Below are positions 1-13,829 of a stretch of DNA of 64,000 nucleotides, in pieces. The stretch is from the human T2T-CHM13v2.0 reference genome, Homo sapiens. The DNA is taken from the NCBI RefSeq assembly GCF_009914755.1, contig NC_060938.1; one strand, written 5' to 3'. The position numbers and the translations under genes are program-made. Under the pieces are notes generated by a model. It saw only the letters and a program-made list of their open reading frames with translations. It was not told where the DNA came from and searched no databases. Within the stretch, counting starts at the first letter, position 1. Each line of letters begins with the position of its first letter.

Positions 1-3000
1 ACTTCAAAAAATAATATGAAAGAGAAATCCCGACTGGGCTGAATACCAGACAACCTGGGATCTTGATTAAAAAATGCAGAATCCTGGACTCCTTCTTTAT
101 CAAATTCTCCAGGAAGTTCTGATGTAGACTTTAACTAATAGGGTTTTGGAAATTCCCAGGAGAGTTCAATCTTGTGGCATCTCTATGATTTTAGTTAATA
201 TTTTTCCCTTACCTAAACCTTTCATGTTTCCAGACATAGTTTCAGAGAATCTCATTTGATGTAGGTTTATTTTAAGGAATCAAGAGAAAGTAAGTGTCAA
301 ATCCTTGTTTGGACTTCAGTGATAACTACACCATTGGGCCTCATGGATAACGAAAGCCATCAGGACAAAATGCATCTAGAGTGGCCTGGCCACACCTCAG
401 GAAGCAGGTGTCTGAACACCCTCTGCTAATTCCCTTATGGTCTCCCAGTTACTCTGGGGAGGCTGCTATGTACTCACTTCACTCATTAAATCAGGCAGCT
501 TCTGCTTGCTTATGTCTTCTCTCCCTCATGGCTTCCTGGGTCCCATTTGCTTGTGCTTTCTCTTTCTCTCCTTTTATCTTTCCCCTTCTGTTCCTTCCAC
601 TGAATCTCTTCTTCACTCTTCAGTGCTGAATGCTGGGCACCTTGCCAAAGGCATCTGCCTTTGGGTGAGACATTCACCCATGGTCCAGTCCTCTGTGGCA
701 GTGCAGCCATGTGTTACAGAGCATGGACTATGCTGAAGAAACCACAAATGCCTTCATTCATTCATTCATTCAAAAAAGTGCTATGGAACAATTACTGTGT
801 GCCAGGCAGTATTATTCTCTCAGAAGCAGTTGTAGCTTTGGAAGGTCCTCAGAGTGTTTTAGAGCTTTCTCTGATTTTTTCTTGTATCTAGGTTTAGCAT
901 TTAGACATTAGTGGGAGTGGCTTATTGACTCAAGGGGGAAATGATCCTGAAGGAGAGGAGTCAAGTTTCTTTTCAGAACTCTCTTGTCCCTCTTTGTTGA
1001 GTCTGTCTGCTCTGATCAACTGATTTTTTTTTCCAGAGAGAGGCTGCTGAGCAACATCCTGCTCATTTCCACAGTGGCCTAATTTGATCCTGGGAACAAA
1101 TACTCCTGCCTGTGGTTTCTTCCTTCCGACACTTCAGTGGTTTGATTATGGAACCAATTAAGGGATTTACCTCCTCTTGCCTTGCTTATTTAGTGTATTT
1201 TAATATAATGCAAATAAGTTTTAATTGCTCATTTCTGTTCAGCAGTCTAGCATGTCCCTAATCAGGTGGAGGGAGAAGGCACTGTTCTTTCTTTGGAGCT
1301 GTCAGGGCTGTCAGCACTAGCGTGGGGTGGGTGTGTGACAGACAGCCTGATGTAGTGGCTACACAGAAGAAGGAAACTGACTATGGAGGACACATACCTC
1401 TCTCTACCCTTACCTTCCTCTTGCACCTTTTTGATTCTTTGAGACCGTGATACTCTTTTCATGTCATAGAAATTGGAGGCTCAGAGAATCAGTGTTTCAT
1501 TATCAATTGTCAGCCCAGAATTTGGGCTTTTTGACCTTGAAGCTTAGAATCTTTCTAGTGAGGTTTCCTGTTGCTGCAAGGGAGGATCCTATGGAACTCG
1601 CCTTTTTTCATGAATAAATGAACAATGAGAGGCTTTAAATTAAGTAGCGTGGGTAAACAAAGGTAAATCTGTCTGGCTCCTTCTCCTACTCCTCATTTGA
1701 AGTGTATATTATTCTCATTGTGGGCTCAACTGAAATTCCATTTTTCCACTGAAGCTTTTCAAGACCTTTTTAGCCTATGCAAGGTTTACCTGATTTGAAT
1801 TTTTATTTTTTTATGATCCATTCAGGGCTCGGATTGTATCTGTATTATTGTCACTTATATTTTTATCATATGTCCTATCACAATAGACAGTTGACAAACT
1901 ATTTGAAGGGCAGAGTCCAGGGACCTCTTCCTGTGAATTCTAGCTGTATATATTTGCAAGTGATCATTACTCAATGTTGGTTGGTTGACTGATTTTGGAA
2001 AGCTGCTGAAAACCTCTCGCAGAAAGTCCTTCTTTTCAACTTCTGGGCAGAATTGCTACCTCCAATTCTATTCCCTAAGAGTTTTGGGTGGACCTTGAAG
2101 AGCAAGTCCCTTTAGACATAGAATATATTTTAGAGTTAGGGGGCTTCACTTGTGTAGGAATTCATTTTATGAATCATGAAACTGAGGGCCAAAGAACTTG
2201 CTGCTTTCCCGATTCCTGGAGCTAGTTAGACATTCATGATGACATTTTGGACTTGAAAGCTTGAAAAGGATGTAAGACTTGATGTTTTACATTAGCCCAG
2301 GGAAATCTCCTGCTGGGAAGCCAACACACAAAGCGTTTTGGATGCTCCTGAGGATAAATAATACTCTCACAGACCCTCTAAGCTATGAATATTACTAAAA
2401 TGGCCCTTTTGACTAATAGAAGTCTATTTTTGGAATGTGAAGCTAGAAGAGAAATTTGGAGCAGAGATCTGAGTCATTCTCTGTTATTCTGGTTAATTAC
2501 CACAACTCTGCTTGAGGGATACTGACTGTTGCTAAGTAATAAAAATAGATAAGGCCCACAAAGGAAAGTGGGTAATTGTTATGAAACTTGCAAGCACTTT
2601 AGAAAGATAAGACTGAGGTGGAAAGGAAAATCTTACTGAAATGGAAATCTAGTAAGAAAATGAAACTAATATTCTATACAGCCTATGCTTAGAAATCAGT
2701 CAAAGCAACTAAAGCAAATAATATCTTTATTTCTTTGTAATTCAGACATTTATTGCCATTCCATTTATTTCAACTTAAATAGCTTATTAGTAAATTTCTA
2801 TTTGAAGGCTTTTAAAATTGCTAAATCTTCAGATTTGCAAATGGAATAGGCCAATTTTACCCATTAGATTAATAGGAACAAAAATGTAGACCCTTTAATT
2901 ATTTCCCAAAGAGTAGTTATTATAATGACAGCAGTTATGGACCAACCCACTGGACCTTCAAAAATGAGAAATCAGCAGATGGAGGATAAAAAGCAGTCAT

Positions 3001-3084
3001 AGATCTGTGAATGATGGTTAGTTTAGTTATGATTAGTTTATGCTAAGTCTAACAAATTGAACTATATATGCTTGTACTAACACT

Positions 3085-3310
3085 GTTGTTTTTTCTTCTT
3101 CTATTTATTGCTTTCTTCTTTCTTTTTCACCTAAGCTATTTTTTTGCTTTACTTTTGTCTTTCTACTTCTAATTTTAACTGCATTTTTGTGTGAATTTCT
3201 CTTTTTTTCTATTTTCTCTCTTTACCTTTTATCTTGCTCTTTTTTTTTGTTATATTTCCTTTCTGATTCTCTCCTTTATTCCCCTTTCCTTTCTCTTCTT
3301 TTCCTTCTAT
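3085..3310. repeat. Pyrimidine-rich (T/C) low-complexity tract
   Basis: About 220 nt dominated by tttc/ttct runs; it explains the spurious F/L/S-rich ORF at 3187-3399. Confidence 0.75.
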
Positions 3311-3929
3311 TTGCAAAGTTAAATGGCCATGGGTATTTAGGCATTAATTATTATTTAATAGAATTTGATTTTCCATATTTAAATTTTAAATCAATTTAGT
3401 TTATGTATACATATACATCTCATTTTGACCTCTTGAATTTGTAGAATTTTTATGCCTATCACATATGAGCATTTATGAGCAATTACCATTTTCCAGGGAA
3501 TGCATTAGGTGCTGGAGCTAAGAAGATACAATGTTTTCTAGTCCCAGGCCTCGAATTGCCCTTAAGGTATTGGGAGACTCAGACTTGTGAGCCAATAATA
3601 CAATGCGAAGGTATCAAGTACTCTAGTACTAACAAAAGCTTGCCTTTGGGTAAGAAGAGAATGGATACTTACCTATGCCTAGGGATGTTGAGGGAAGTTT
3701 CCTAGAAAAGAATCTACTCAGGGGAGGGAAGTCTTGAAACAAGAACAGAGCTGCAGGTAGAAGACTGAGAAGAGGATATTGGGTTTTATTACCATGTGAC
3801 CTTCCACAGTTATTCTCTGGAAAGTTAGTGGCCTTTATGAAAATGCGTCCTAAAGGGTAAGCAGTGGACACACTCGATTGTGTGTGCTGGGAAAAAGGCA
3901 TACAAATAACTTCTGACAGGAATAAGAGT

Positions 3930-4276
3930 TTTATATGTATATGTGTGTGTATGTATGCATGCATGTATGTATGTATGTATTTATGTATTTATTTATTGAG
4001 ATGGTCTCTCACTGTTGCCCAGGCTGGAGTGCAGTGATGTGCTCTCAGCTCACTGCAACCTCCTTCTCCTGGGCTCAAGCTATCCTCCTGCCTCAGCCTC
4101 TTGAGTAGCTGGATTATAGCCATGCACCACCATGCCTGGCTAATTTTTGTATTTATTGTAGAGACAGCGTTTTGACATGTTGTCCGGGCTGGTCTCAAAC
4201 TCCTGACCTCAAGTGATCCACCCACCTCAGCATCCCAAAGTGCTGGGATAACAGGCATAAGCCACCTTGCCTGGCC
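3930..4276 (-). mobile_element. AluJ-type SINE with a (TATG)n/(TTTA)n-degenerated tail
   Basis: Reverse Alu dimer from gagatggtctctcactgttgcccagg to gcctggcc (4276), with J-type motifs (gggctcaagc, ctcaagtgatcc). The microsatellite at about 3930-3996 occupies the tail position. Confidence 0.9.
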
Positions 4277-6921
4277 TGGAGTTCTGTTCTGGGTTACATG
4301 GCAGCTTCAGGCCATCATGAGGAGACAAAAATTAGCAGAACCTCCACTAGAGCAGAATTTCCCAAACTGCTCCAGAGAGATGTTTATAGATATTAAGAAA
4401 ACTAACATTCTATGGTTTAATAGTTTGGGAAATAGTGAGGTTAAAAAAGTTTATAAGTGGCATTCAGGACTATTCTAATATGCTAATAACCACCAAAAGT
4501 CTTCCAGAGGGATATATACTAAGAAGATTTCCAAAGTGACTTGACCTTGGGCTTTTCTTCATGGGTTTGAATGGAGGGTTCCTGACATAAAAGCCCACTT
4601 TTTTTTTGCTCTAAGCACAGAGAGATGTTTTTCCTCTCTGCCTCTTTCCTGGAGATTCTGTTCTGAAGCAAATATGAATAGCTTTTTATACTATGTGCCT
4701 GCCTGCTTGCAGAGCCCCCCCCAAAAAAGAGAAATATAGTCAAAGCTAGTTTCCTGGCTCATTCTGAAAGTTCACTCAGCACTGCAAGGATTAGCCACCT
4801 ATAAGCTGAGTAACCATACACAAACCTCAATACCTCTCTGAATTTCTGCTTCCTTCCTTGACACTTCATCCAAAGCAGTTAAGGGAATGCAAGTACTGCT
4901 AATAAACCCTGACTGTTGTACCTTTCCTAGGGGAACTAGAAAAATAAGTCTTTCGTGCCAAAAGAAAAAAATCTTCTAGAGGTTGATTTTTAGGCATTTT
5001 GTCAGACAAGAATAAGCTTGTTTGAAAATAAATGGGTTAACAGAGAGTTCCAAATTCCCATAGAACAATATCACATAGTGAACTGCTTTATCTCTCTACT
5101 CTTCAACTGGGCCTTTGGTGAACTTTGGTTTCCTAGTCTCTTCTCTAGAAAGGGATGCCCAACAATATCTTGCTGACTAAAGAGTCAAACGAGGACATGC
5201 AAACCCAATTAGTACTCACCCCTTCCGAAAAGGGCCATCTGGAGGCTCAAATCTTGTGTCTTAAAAAAATGGCAGCTTTCTTCTTAGAAAACTACATTTG
5301 GTGGTGTTTAAAGAATTCATCCAATGTGGCTTGAGTTTTATGGAGCTCTAAACATTTGAGCAATATTTGGGAAAATGGCAAGCTTAAAATGTTTCTGAGT
5401 AAATCTACAGCTATAGTTTTTTTTCCCCCACTCCTGAGTCCTAAGGATGAGTTTTCTGAGTAAAAATGGAATTATAGATGGACTAAACAACTAAATAAAA
5501 CCTTCGGCTTTGTGGAAAACTTCCAGGGTAAGTTAAACAGTCCATTTAAATTATTTAATGCTCCTTATATAACTAAATTTTTATGTATGGCACCTATGAC
5601 CTTTACTGTGTAATGTCTTGACAAGATAAGCTACTAGAAAAATAACTCAGTGAGGAGTGAATGTTTATAAGAATTTTTAATTGCAAAGAAGCACAAGGGT
5701 CTTTGCTTTGAGGACAAAGGGTTATTGAGAGGTCACCTGTGTATTTTCTTAAGAATCTTAAAAGTCCACCTGTATTGAATTTTTTAAAGCCCTCTATTCA
5801 TGTGGAGATCTATCTGCAAACCTCATGGTTAAGTCCAGATTTGAAAAATAGAATGCCTACATTTAGGATCAGGAGGTAAAATGAGATAAAGTGAAATAAA
5901 ATAAATTTGAGGGGAGCACAAGTTTTTACTTTGTCATTCTCTGAAATACCTATAGTTACTACGGAACTATGAATTCTTGGAGACCCCTAAGGCATTTTAA
6001 AGTGTGTTCACTAAATTCATTTGAAGCATAAAAGGTAGAAATTTCATCAACCTTCCTCAGTTTTCTGCTCTACAACCAACACTCAAGACTTCTACATTTC
6101 CTCGTTACTGGTTACCATACTCATCATAAGTGTGCCCATGCCACTAGTGCTTAAGTGTGTCCCTCTTCAAAGCATGAACAAGGTATTCCTTGTTTCCCGA
6201 GAACTGTGTGTGTTTATGGGGGAGAGGCAGCAGTATTTAAAGGACATGAGGGGACATTTCTCATTCATCCAGGAACTACTGTGTCTGGGAGGGGGGTGAA
6301 GGGTGCCGCAACAACTTTAAGGTTAGTTCTAAGCTTCACAGAAGCATCCCTGGTGCCATCAGTGACGCAGGGAGACTAGTGTTATTGTTGAGGTCACCAA
6401 TCCATTAGCTACAGAGATAGTCTTGTAGGTGAGAAGTTCAGCTACTTTTCACTTGACTCCAGTTTCTTCTGCTTCTAGCCACAGATACGGTGACTTTCAC
6501 CCTCACTTAGCTCTTGTTGAGTGGTACGAAATTTAAGGAGGTAACCTGTCTGGGTACTAGATATGCTGATTTCCCTCTTCTTTTATTACTTTAGTGACAT
6601 GGGAGGTAGGGTTGACGTGAGCTGTAAGAACTGAATAGGTCTGAAAGGATCACTTCCACATGGTAGAATGCTGGCTATGCAGGGTTCAATCGGGACAGCA
6701 GCAGAAAATGAAGTATTCTGGTGATATGTGATTTTTTTTTTCCTTAAATCAAGACCACAATTTGCCGTTGGTGAACTTTGACTGATGTGTTATGTAAGCA
6801 TCCAGATTTCTATTAAGATGGCATAGGACAATTATATCAAATTATAAGAGGACCAATTTTAGTCATTTGATTGTTGTGAAGATAGGAAATGAAACTTCGC
6901 GTTGACTACTGATAAGAAAGA

Positions 6922-6935
6922 GTGCCATCTAGAGG
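6922..6935 (-). promoter_or_regulatory. Candidate CTCF site
   Basis: Minus strand reads CCTCTAGATGGCAC, one mismatch to the core CCASYAGRKGGCRS. Several CpGs are retained in 6895-7052. Confidence 0.45.
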
Positions 6936-9929
6936 CGCTGCCTAGAACTCCACCTTATTCTCAAGAATCATCCTTCAATGTGACCTTCAGCTGTGTTGCT
7001 CTATAACTGTGGCGCTGAAGATTGATAATGAGCGAAAGGGAGAAGTACGCGCTGCCATATGGCAATAGACTCAGATATTATAAGGACTAAATTGTGTTGA
7101 CACAAAGTGAGGGCTTGGTCCTTACTTCGTTCCTAAATAATGCCCTTTCTCCATCTTTCCAGGGATGCATCTAGTCACTTGACAGCTTTTATAGTACGGT
7201 AGTTTGCCTTTAGTCTTTATATTTTAAAGTTTTTTTTTCTATAACAGAAATAAAATGCTTAGAAATCATATTATTTTTCCTTTGTTAGGAAAAGTAAGTT
7301 GGTCAGGTGATTACATCGTCGTTTTTTTAAAGCTCTAAGAGGAGAAACTGGAAAATAAAGAGCAACATGGGAGGTGCAATGCCATCTCTCATTCTACTTT
7401 GACACATTTAATTTGACTAATTGTTAAGCCAGGCTCCTTAATCTTCCTGAGGATTAGTTTCTTTCCCCCATACTGAATCATACTACTTAATAGTATTAAA
7501 ATAATTCCCAACCTAGTGCTGATGTTTGCTTTACAATCTTCAGGACCACAGTAAACCACAGATTTGGATAAGAGACCAGAAAGAGGTTCGAAGTCACACA
7601 TGTCACCATTATCATGCTATAGATATGTGGCAGGATTTTCCTACGAAACCAAATAATACATCAATAATGACTTCACCATTATTCTGATAATATGATGGTT
7701 AACAACACGTGAAATAGTGGCCAAGGTAAAAATTAACCCCCATTCCCCGCGAAAGAAACACAAATGAAGTTGGCAGTAGACCCTGAAGTCTAGAGTCCTT
7801 GACTAACAAACTACTTCTAAAATGAATGGCTTTCTCTGCAACAGAGAAAACAGGCAGGTGTGTTTCAATTAAATATCTGCAGTATTGGATGTTTCTGTTG
7901 TGACTTTCACATAGGAAGTTTGGACAAATGCCTTTGTTCTTTGGGAAAAGTCTGGTTCTTACGGTAGATATTTCTGGATTCTGCTGTGATAGGTGAGCTA
8001 GAGTGAAGCAGTGAAGACTCCACAATTTTCAATGATAATCTTTTTGAAATTTGTTCAGGATGATCCACACCCCTCGAGATGGTGATTACTGGTATTTGGC
8101 TTACCAATGACACGTTAAAAAATGATTGTATCATTTGTCTCCAAACTTCAGTCACCAATGGTAAAAGCTCAGTTTGTTTGCCTCCTTCTTGCAGTTAATT
8201 AAAAAGAGGATTTTTATAGCCTCAAGTGTAGTGTAATTTATAACAGGCATTTCTTCCTCCTGTTTTTAATTACCATCTTTGCATGGTGATGTTGGACCTT
8301 TTCCCTTTTATTGACTACTAATGCATAGTTTCCCGAGACCAGCTCTATGGCTGTTAATTAGAAAATAAAGAAATTTTATTTATTTTTAACCACTTTCAGC
8401 TAGGCAGAAGAGTAGAATTGTCTGATGGGGGTTCATTTCCCCTTTATTTTTCCCCATTAAAAAGGCTATCTTCCCTATCAAATAATGTTTTCTACTCCAA
8501 AATATGTTATGGATAAAAGTTTAAGAAGACTGGAATGTGTGTCCAAATCTAAGTTATAATTCTTTTGTCACCCTGACTATTGCATTGCGTAGGCAAAAAC
8601 GCAGAGTTTTTCAGTGCTCCCAGAAGAACTCTTGGCATTTCTAATTCATTGAATAAATACATGAATGTATTTCTTTGCTTGCTGATCAATATAACCCGAT
8701 TCATGGAGGAGTGGAGAAAAGAAAAGCAAGAAGCAAAACAATAGTTACTTAGATATTTTGGGAATCTAGAGTTTCAAATAATTGAAACACTGGAGTAAAT
8801 TCCTTGGTGTCAGCTTTGTGCAGCAAGTGTTAAATGGGTGTGTGCAATCAGTAGAAAGGGGTACTGCCACAGCTTGGCCATTGGCCTGTCTATTTACTTC
8901 AAGTTTAGAAGTGGAGCTGGAAAAAGTTTCAGAGGAGAGAATAATAGCACTGTCAGTCCAGGATATAGGGCTGCAAGTCTCTGATATTTGTATGCTTTCT
9001 TTTTTATTCTTTCCTTCCTTTAGAAATAAAGAATAAACCCAAAATGGCAGAGGAATTTGCTTTTTATTCCCACAACCATATCCCAAAGCAATCTTATAAA
9101 AATAAGGTAAATTCATCTTTAAGTGATAAATGCAACTGATTACTAGGATAGAATTGCCCATATTTCATGGAGCAATTGGAAAGATTACATTTTTAATTTA
9201 ATCACTATAATCTACAGATACTATTTTTCCACTTTAGAGATTTTAAAAAATTAGTGAGTGGCAGAGCTAAAAGTCCAATCAGCCTTGTCTACTTGCAAGG
9301 CCTTTTCTTTCTCTTGCTGTACGGCTGAGATCACAGGTGTGAGCAAACCTTGAATGGCTTCATTTCCTTTCTCCTTGGGAAGGTAAAATCAAGTTAAGAC
9401 TTCACCTTGCCTGAGCTTCATTGGTAGAGTCACAAATGTGAGCCCGACAATGGCAAGTGGAGCTGTTTGGAGCCCCCAAGGTAGAGCTAGGTGGCTTGGA
9501 ACATCTCCACTATGCAGGTTTGCTCAGCAGCCATAGCGAGCTATAGATGGGAAGAGATGCTCGTCCTTTTCTCTTTCAAGCAGATCTTTAGGCCACACGT
9601 GTCTGTGGCAGCATTCACTTTCAAAAGCACATTCTTACTTTCTAATGAGAATAGAGAGCTTCAGTCTCTAAAATCCTGTGGATAGTTTTTATCTTAATGT
9701 TCTTAACATGTTGTATTCTGTACTTATGGTACCAGCATCCCAATGATGTCCTAACTCTGTGCTTCAAACATCAAAGGCAATGTAACTGAAATCTGATGCT
9801 TAGATTTTAGGGATGCACTAAGATCTGTAGACACGATTGAACAAACTAATGGGCTTGGTGGGAAGAAATCCTGGCAATAGGGTTTTTGTCTTGTCCCAGG
9901 TCTTAGCAACATTTTGGAACATGAATATT

Positions 9930-10780
9930 TTTTCAGAAAAAATAAAAGCTAGGATTTTGATAAGGATTGTGTTGAATCTGTAGATCAACTTGCAGAGTTT
10001 TGTTATTGTCTTATACTATTCAGGCTGCTATAACAAAATACCTTAGACTGGGTAGTATATGAACAACAAAGATCTATTCCTCACAGTTCCGGAGCTGGGA
10101 AGTACAAGATCAAGATGCCAGCTGACTCAGTGTCCAGGGAAGGCCTGTTTCCTGCTTCATAGATGGCACCTTCTTGCTGTGTCCTCACATGGTAGAAAGG
10201 CTAGCCAGTTCTCTGAGGCCACCTTTATAAGGTTACTAATTCCAATCATGAGGGCACTGCCTTTGTGAACTAATCACCTTCCAAAAGCCCCATCTCCTAA
10301 TACCATCACCTTGGGGGTTAGCCTATCAACATATGAATTTTGGAGAAACATATTCAGACCATAGCAGTCATCTTAATGATAAGTCTTTCAATCCATGAAC
10401 TTCGAAAGTTCTTTCCATTTATTTAGGTCTTCTCTAATTTCTTTCAGCAATATTTTGCAGTTTTTAATATACAAATTGCTGACCTCTTTTGTTAATTTTA
10501 TACCTATGTGTTTATTCTTGTAGGTGATATTGTAAATTAAATTGCTTCCTTTATTTCATTTTTGGATTGTTCATTGCTAGTGTATAGCAGTGCAATTGAG
10601 TATTGAACTTGTAACCTGCAATTTTGTTGAACTTATATATTAGTTTCAATAATTTTGATTTTTGTGTGAATTCCTTAGAAGTTTTTATATTATGAGACCA
10701 TGTCATCTATTAGTAGTGATGGTTTCACTCCTTTCTTTTCAATATAAATACCTCTAAATATGTAATATTACTTGTCTATT
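9930..10780 (-). mobile_element. Old L1M fragment, interrupted by an MLT1 LTR; it continues at about 12160-12360
   Basis: Degenerate antisense L1 ORF2 motifs: ggattgtgttgaatctgtagatc, ttccatttatttaggtct, gattgttcattgctagtgtatag. Confidence 0.7.
10007..10366 (-). mobile_element. MLT1A-type MaLR solo LTR
   Basis: TG...CA ends (tgtctt...cagaccatagca), the motif gctgctataacaaaatacc, and a near-perfect 5-bp TSD gttat/gtcat. Confidence 0.8.
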
Positions 10781-10796
10781 TAAATTTACTCTTTCT

Positions 10797-11543
10797 TTTT
10801 TTTTATTATTATACTTTAAGTTTTAGGGTACATGTGCACATTGTGCAGGTTAGTTACATACGTATACATGTACCATGCTGGTGTGCTGCACCCACTAACT
10901 CGTCATCTAGCATTAGGTATATCTCCCTATGCTATCCCTCCCCCCTCCCCCCACCCCACAACAGTCCCCAGAATGTGATGTTCCCCTTCCTGTGTCCATG
11001 TGATCTCATTGTTCAATTCCCACCTATGAGTGAGAATATGCGGTGTTTGGTTTTTTGTTCTTGCGATAGTTTACTGAGAATGATGATTTCCAATTTCATC
11101 CATGTCCCTACAAAGGACATGAACTCATCCTTTTTTATGGCTGCATAGTATTCCATGGTGTATATGTGCCACATTTTCTTAATCCAGTCTATCATTGTTG
11201 GACATTTGGGTTGGTTCCAAGTCTTTGCTATTGTGAATAATGCCGCAATAAACATACGTGTGCATGTGTCTTTGTAGCAGCATGATTTATAGTCCTTTGG
11301 GTATATACCCAGTAATGGGATGGCTGGGTCAAATGGTATTTCTAGTTCTAGATCCCTGAGGAATCGCCACACTGACTTCCACAATGGTTGAACTAGTTTA
11401 CAGTCCCACCAGCAGTGTAAAAGTGTTCCTATTTCTCCACAACCTCTCCAGCACCTGTTGTTTCCTGACTTTTTAATGATTGCCATTCTAACTGGTGTGA
11501 GATGGTATCTCATTGTGGTTTTGATTTGCATTTCTCTGATGGC
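10797..11543 (-). mobile_element. Young 5'-truncated L1 (L1PA2-like): ORF2 C-terminus plus 3'UTR
   Basis: ORF 11013-11579 contains an unbroken L1 ORF2 C-terminus ([29 protein letters not shown]...IFSLIGGN). The 3'UTR has GAG rather than ACA, and cacaatgtg. Perfect 16-bp TSD taaatttactctttct at 10781-10796 and 11544-11559. Confidence 0.93.
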
Positions 11544-11559
11544 TAAATTTACTCTTTCT

Positions 11560-12138
11560 ATAGTAGGAAGATTCCTCAAAGAACTAAAAGTAGATCTATC
11601 ATTTGATCTAGCAATCCCTCTACTGGGTACCTTCCCAAAGGAAAATAAGTAATTATATCAAAAAGACACCTGGATGTGTATGTTTGTTGCAGTACAATTC
11701 ACAATTGCAAAGATATAGAATCAACCTAGGTGCCCATCAACCAATGAGTGGATTTAAAAATGTGTATATATACCATGGGCTACCACTCAGCCTTAAAAAA
11801 ATGAAATAACATCCTTTGCAATTCTTGGAATGAACTGGAGGCCGTTATTCTAAGTGAAGTGATTCAAGAATTAAAAACCAAATACTACATATTCTCACTT
11901 ACAAGTGGGAGCTAAGCTATCTACTGGTATGCAAAAGCATACAGAGTGGTATAAGGGACATTGGAGACTTCGAAGAAGGGACGTTGGGAGGACAACGAAG
12001 TATGAAAAACTACCTGTTGGGCACAATGTACACTGCTCAGGTGATAGGTGCACTGAAATCTTAGACTTCACCACTATACAATTCAACCATGTAGCTCAAA
12101 ACCACTCTTACCCTTAAAGCTATTGAAATAAAAAAAAA
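11560..12138 (+). mobile_element. Older L1PB/L1MA-type 3' fragment
   Basis: Sense ORF2 3' end (aaagaactaaaagtagatcta, [19 protein letters not shown]) and a 3'UTR ending ctattgaaataaaaaaaaa. Confidence 0.85.
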
Positions 12139-12599
12139 TTTTTAAGTTACTCCTTCTTCTTGAGTAAGGTTTGATCATTTGTGTCTTTCTAGGAATTTGT
12201 TTGTTTCATCAAGTTATTTCATTTTTTGGCATACGATTTTTAATAATGTTTTCTTGTAATTATTTTTATTTTTAAAAAGTCAGTAATGATGGCTCACTCT
12301 TTCATTCCTCATTTTTGAGCCATACTTTCAGCCTTTGCTTCTTTTCTCTTGGTTAGTCTATGCTAAACTGATTCTATAACCCATGAATAGATTTCAACCT
12401 GCAGTTTAAAACTTAGCCCTGGGTGCATTAAGTAATCTATCTGGCCCTCTAGCTCCCCTCCATAACATGAAAACCCCATAAAGGGCCTTTCAAGTTCTAA
12501 CAGTTTAAGATTCTATAAAATTGTATTCTAGAGCATTGTGGGTTCTTGTTACATTGTTTCCCAGATGAAGTCCTATGTGAGTAGCTGGTGCATCTAGAA

Positions 12600-12780
12600 C
12601 AGTGACGCCCCAAAATGTGATTCCGTGCCAACAGCATCAGCATTACTTGGGAACGTCTTAGAAATGTCAACTCTGAGGCTCAACCCCAGAACTGGAAACT
12701 CTGGGGTGGGACCCAACAACTTGTGGTTTTTATAAGCCCTCGCATTAATTCTGACATATGCAAAAGCTTGAGCATGACTG
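12600..12780. mobile_element. MER5A hAT-Charlie MITE
   Basis: cagtg...gactg ends, core cagcatcagcattacttggga, and 8-bp TSD atctagaa/gtctagaa. Confidence 0.8.
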
Positions 12781-13054
12781 GTCTAGAACAATCTCCTCGG
12801 AAATAGATTCCCTACATCTCTAGTCTTCTGATTTTAGCGTCTCTGCTTCTATACCTCATCCCCTAGCCCCCAATATTCCTTGAGAAAACAGTTCCTACAC
12901 TATCTCTGGGTGCTAAGACAGTGCAGTGAGGCACTTCAGATAAAGTAAAAGTAACTCCAGCCTTTCCTGGCCCATTGTGCACAGAGTTCCTCTTCCTACA
13001 GAGATACCCAATGGTCTTGAGAAGGGAATGAGTCCAATTTAAAGAAGAGTTTCT

Positions 13055-13068
13055 GCGCCCTCTAGTGG
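13055..13068 (-). promoter_or_regulatory. Consensus CTCF site
   Basis: Minus strand reads CCACTAGAGGGCGC, a perfect match to CCASYAGRKGGCRS with the CpG retained. Confidence 0.65.
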
Positions 13069-13829
13069 AAAAGACCGCAGTTTCTCTTCTCTTCCAGCAT
13101 AAACTCACATTTTATGTGCTGATGGAGGCGTCAAAATGCTGGGCTGCTTGGTTGTTGTTGATTTTCATAGATATATAATACAAGGATTGTTGCTTTTTTG
13201 TTTTTATTACGTTTTTAATATTTTTGCCATGTCAGGTTTTTCCAGCATAGGTATTACCCATTCCCTGGGTCAGAAAAAGCCCTCTTGAGATATCTAGTTA
13301 GATATCTTAGCTATCTCCTACGTAAGAAGGGTCCTCCAGACTAGTGCACACTCGTGATGGATTGCAGAAGAGGGAAGTTTCAATAAGGTACTTGATAATC
13401 CTCTGTGTGTTTGTCTCCATTTCACTTTTTTTATTGAAACATTATGTAGAATATAAGTGAAATTTTTATATTGAACAATCCTAAAGAGAAAAAGGAAAAG
13501 GATGATATTTAGCCCACAGTCCTTTTTCTTTTTCAAAAAGAAGACTGCTGTATCTGTGAATTTAGCCATTTTGATTTGTTTACAGCTGTATTTCTAACTG
13601 TTGTCCCTGCCCTATGACATTATCACACAGTTAACAAAGTCAGCAGATCTAGATGCTAATCTAAATATCAGAAAATGATAAATTAGCTATCTATTAACTT
13701 GCACTCTTGAACAAATTACAAATCATTCTGATTCTCACTTTCTTTATCTATAACGTAGGGGTGATACATCCTCAAACCTACTCATAGCATTGCTGTTGGA
13801 AATTACTTGATCAATTAGTTTAACATATA

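Noticed and set aside
381-9685. Many 60-130 aa ORFs in the first 10 kb
   Set aside because: No recognisable domains, often non-ATG starts, low-complexity composition and no coherent splice structure; consistent with chance.
11013-11579. 188-aa ORF as a gene
   Set aside because: It is the C-terminus of a 5'-truncated L1 ORF2 whose frame runs into flanking DNA.
10797-12138. Single twin-primed L1
   Set aside because: The two halves have different 3'UTRs and tails, and the young one has its own perfect TSD.
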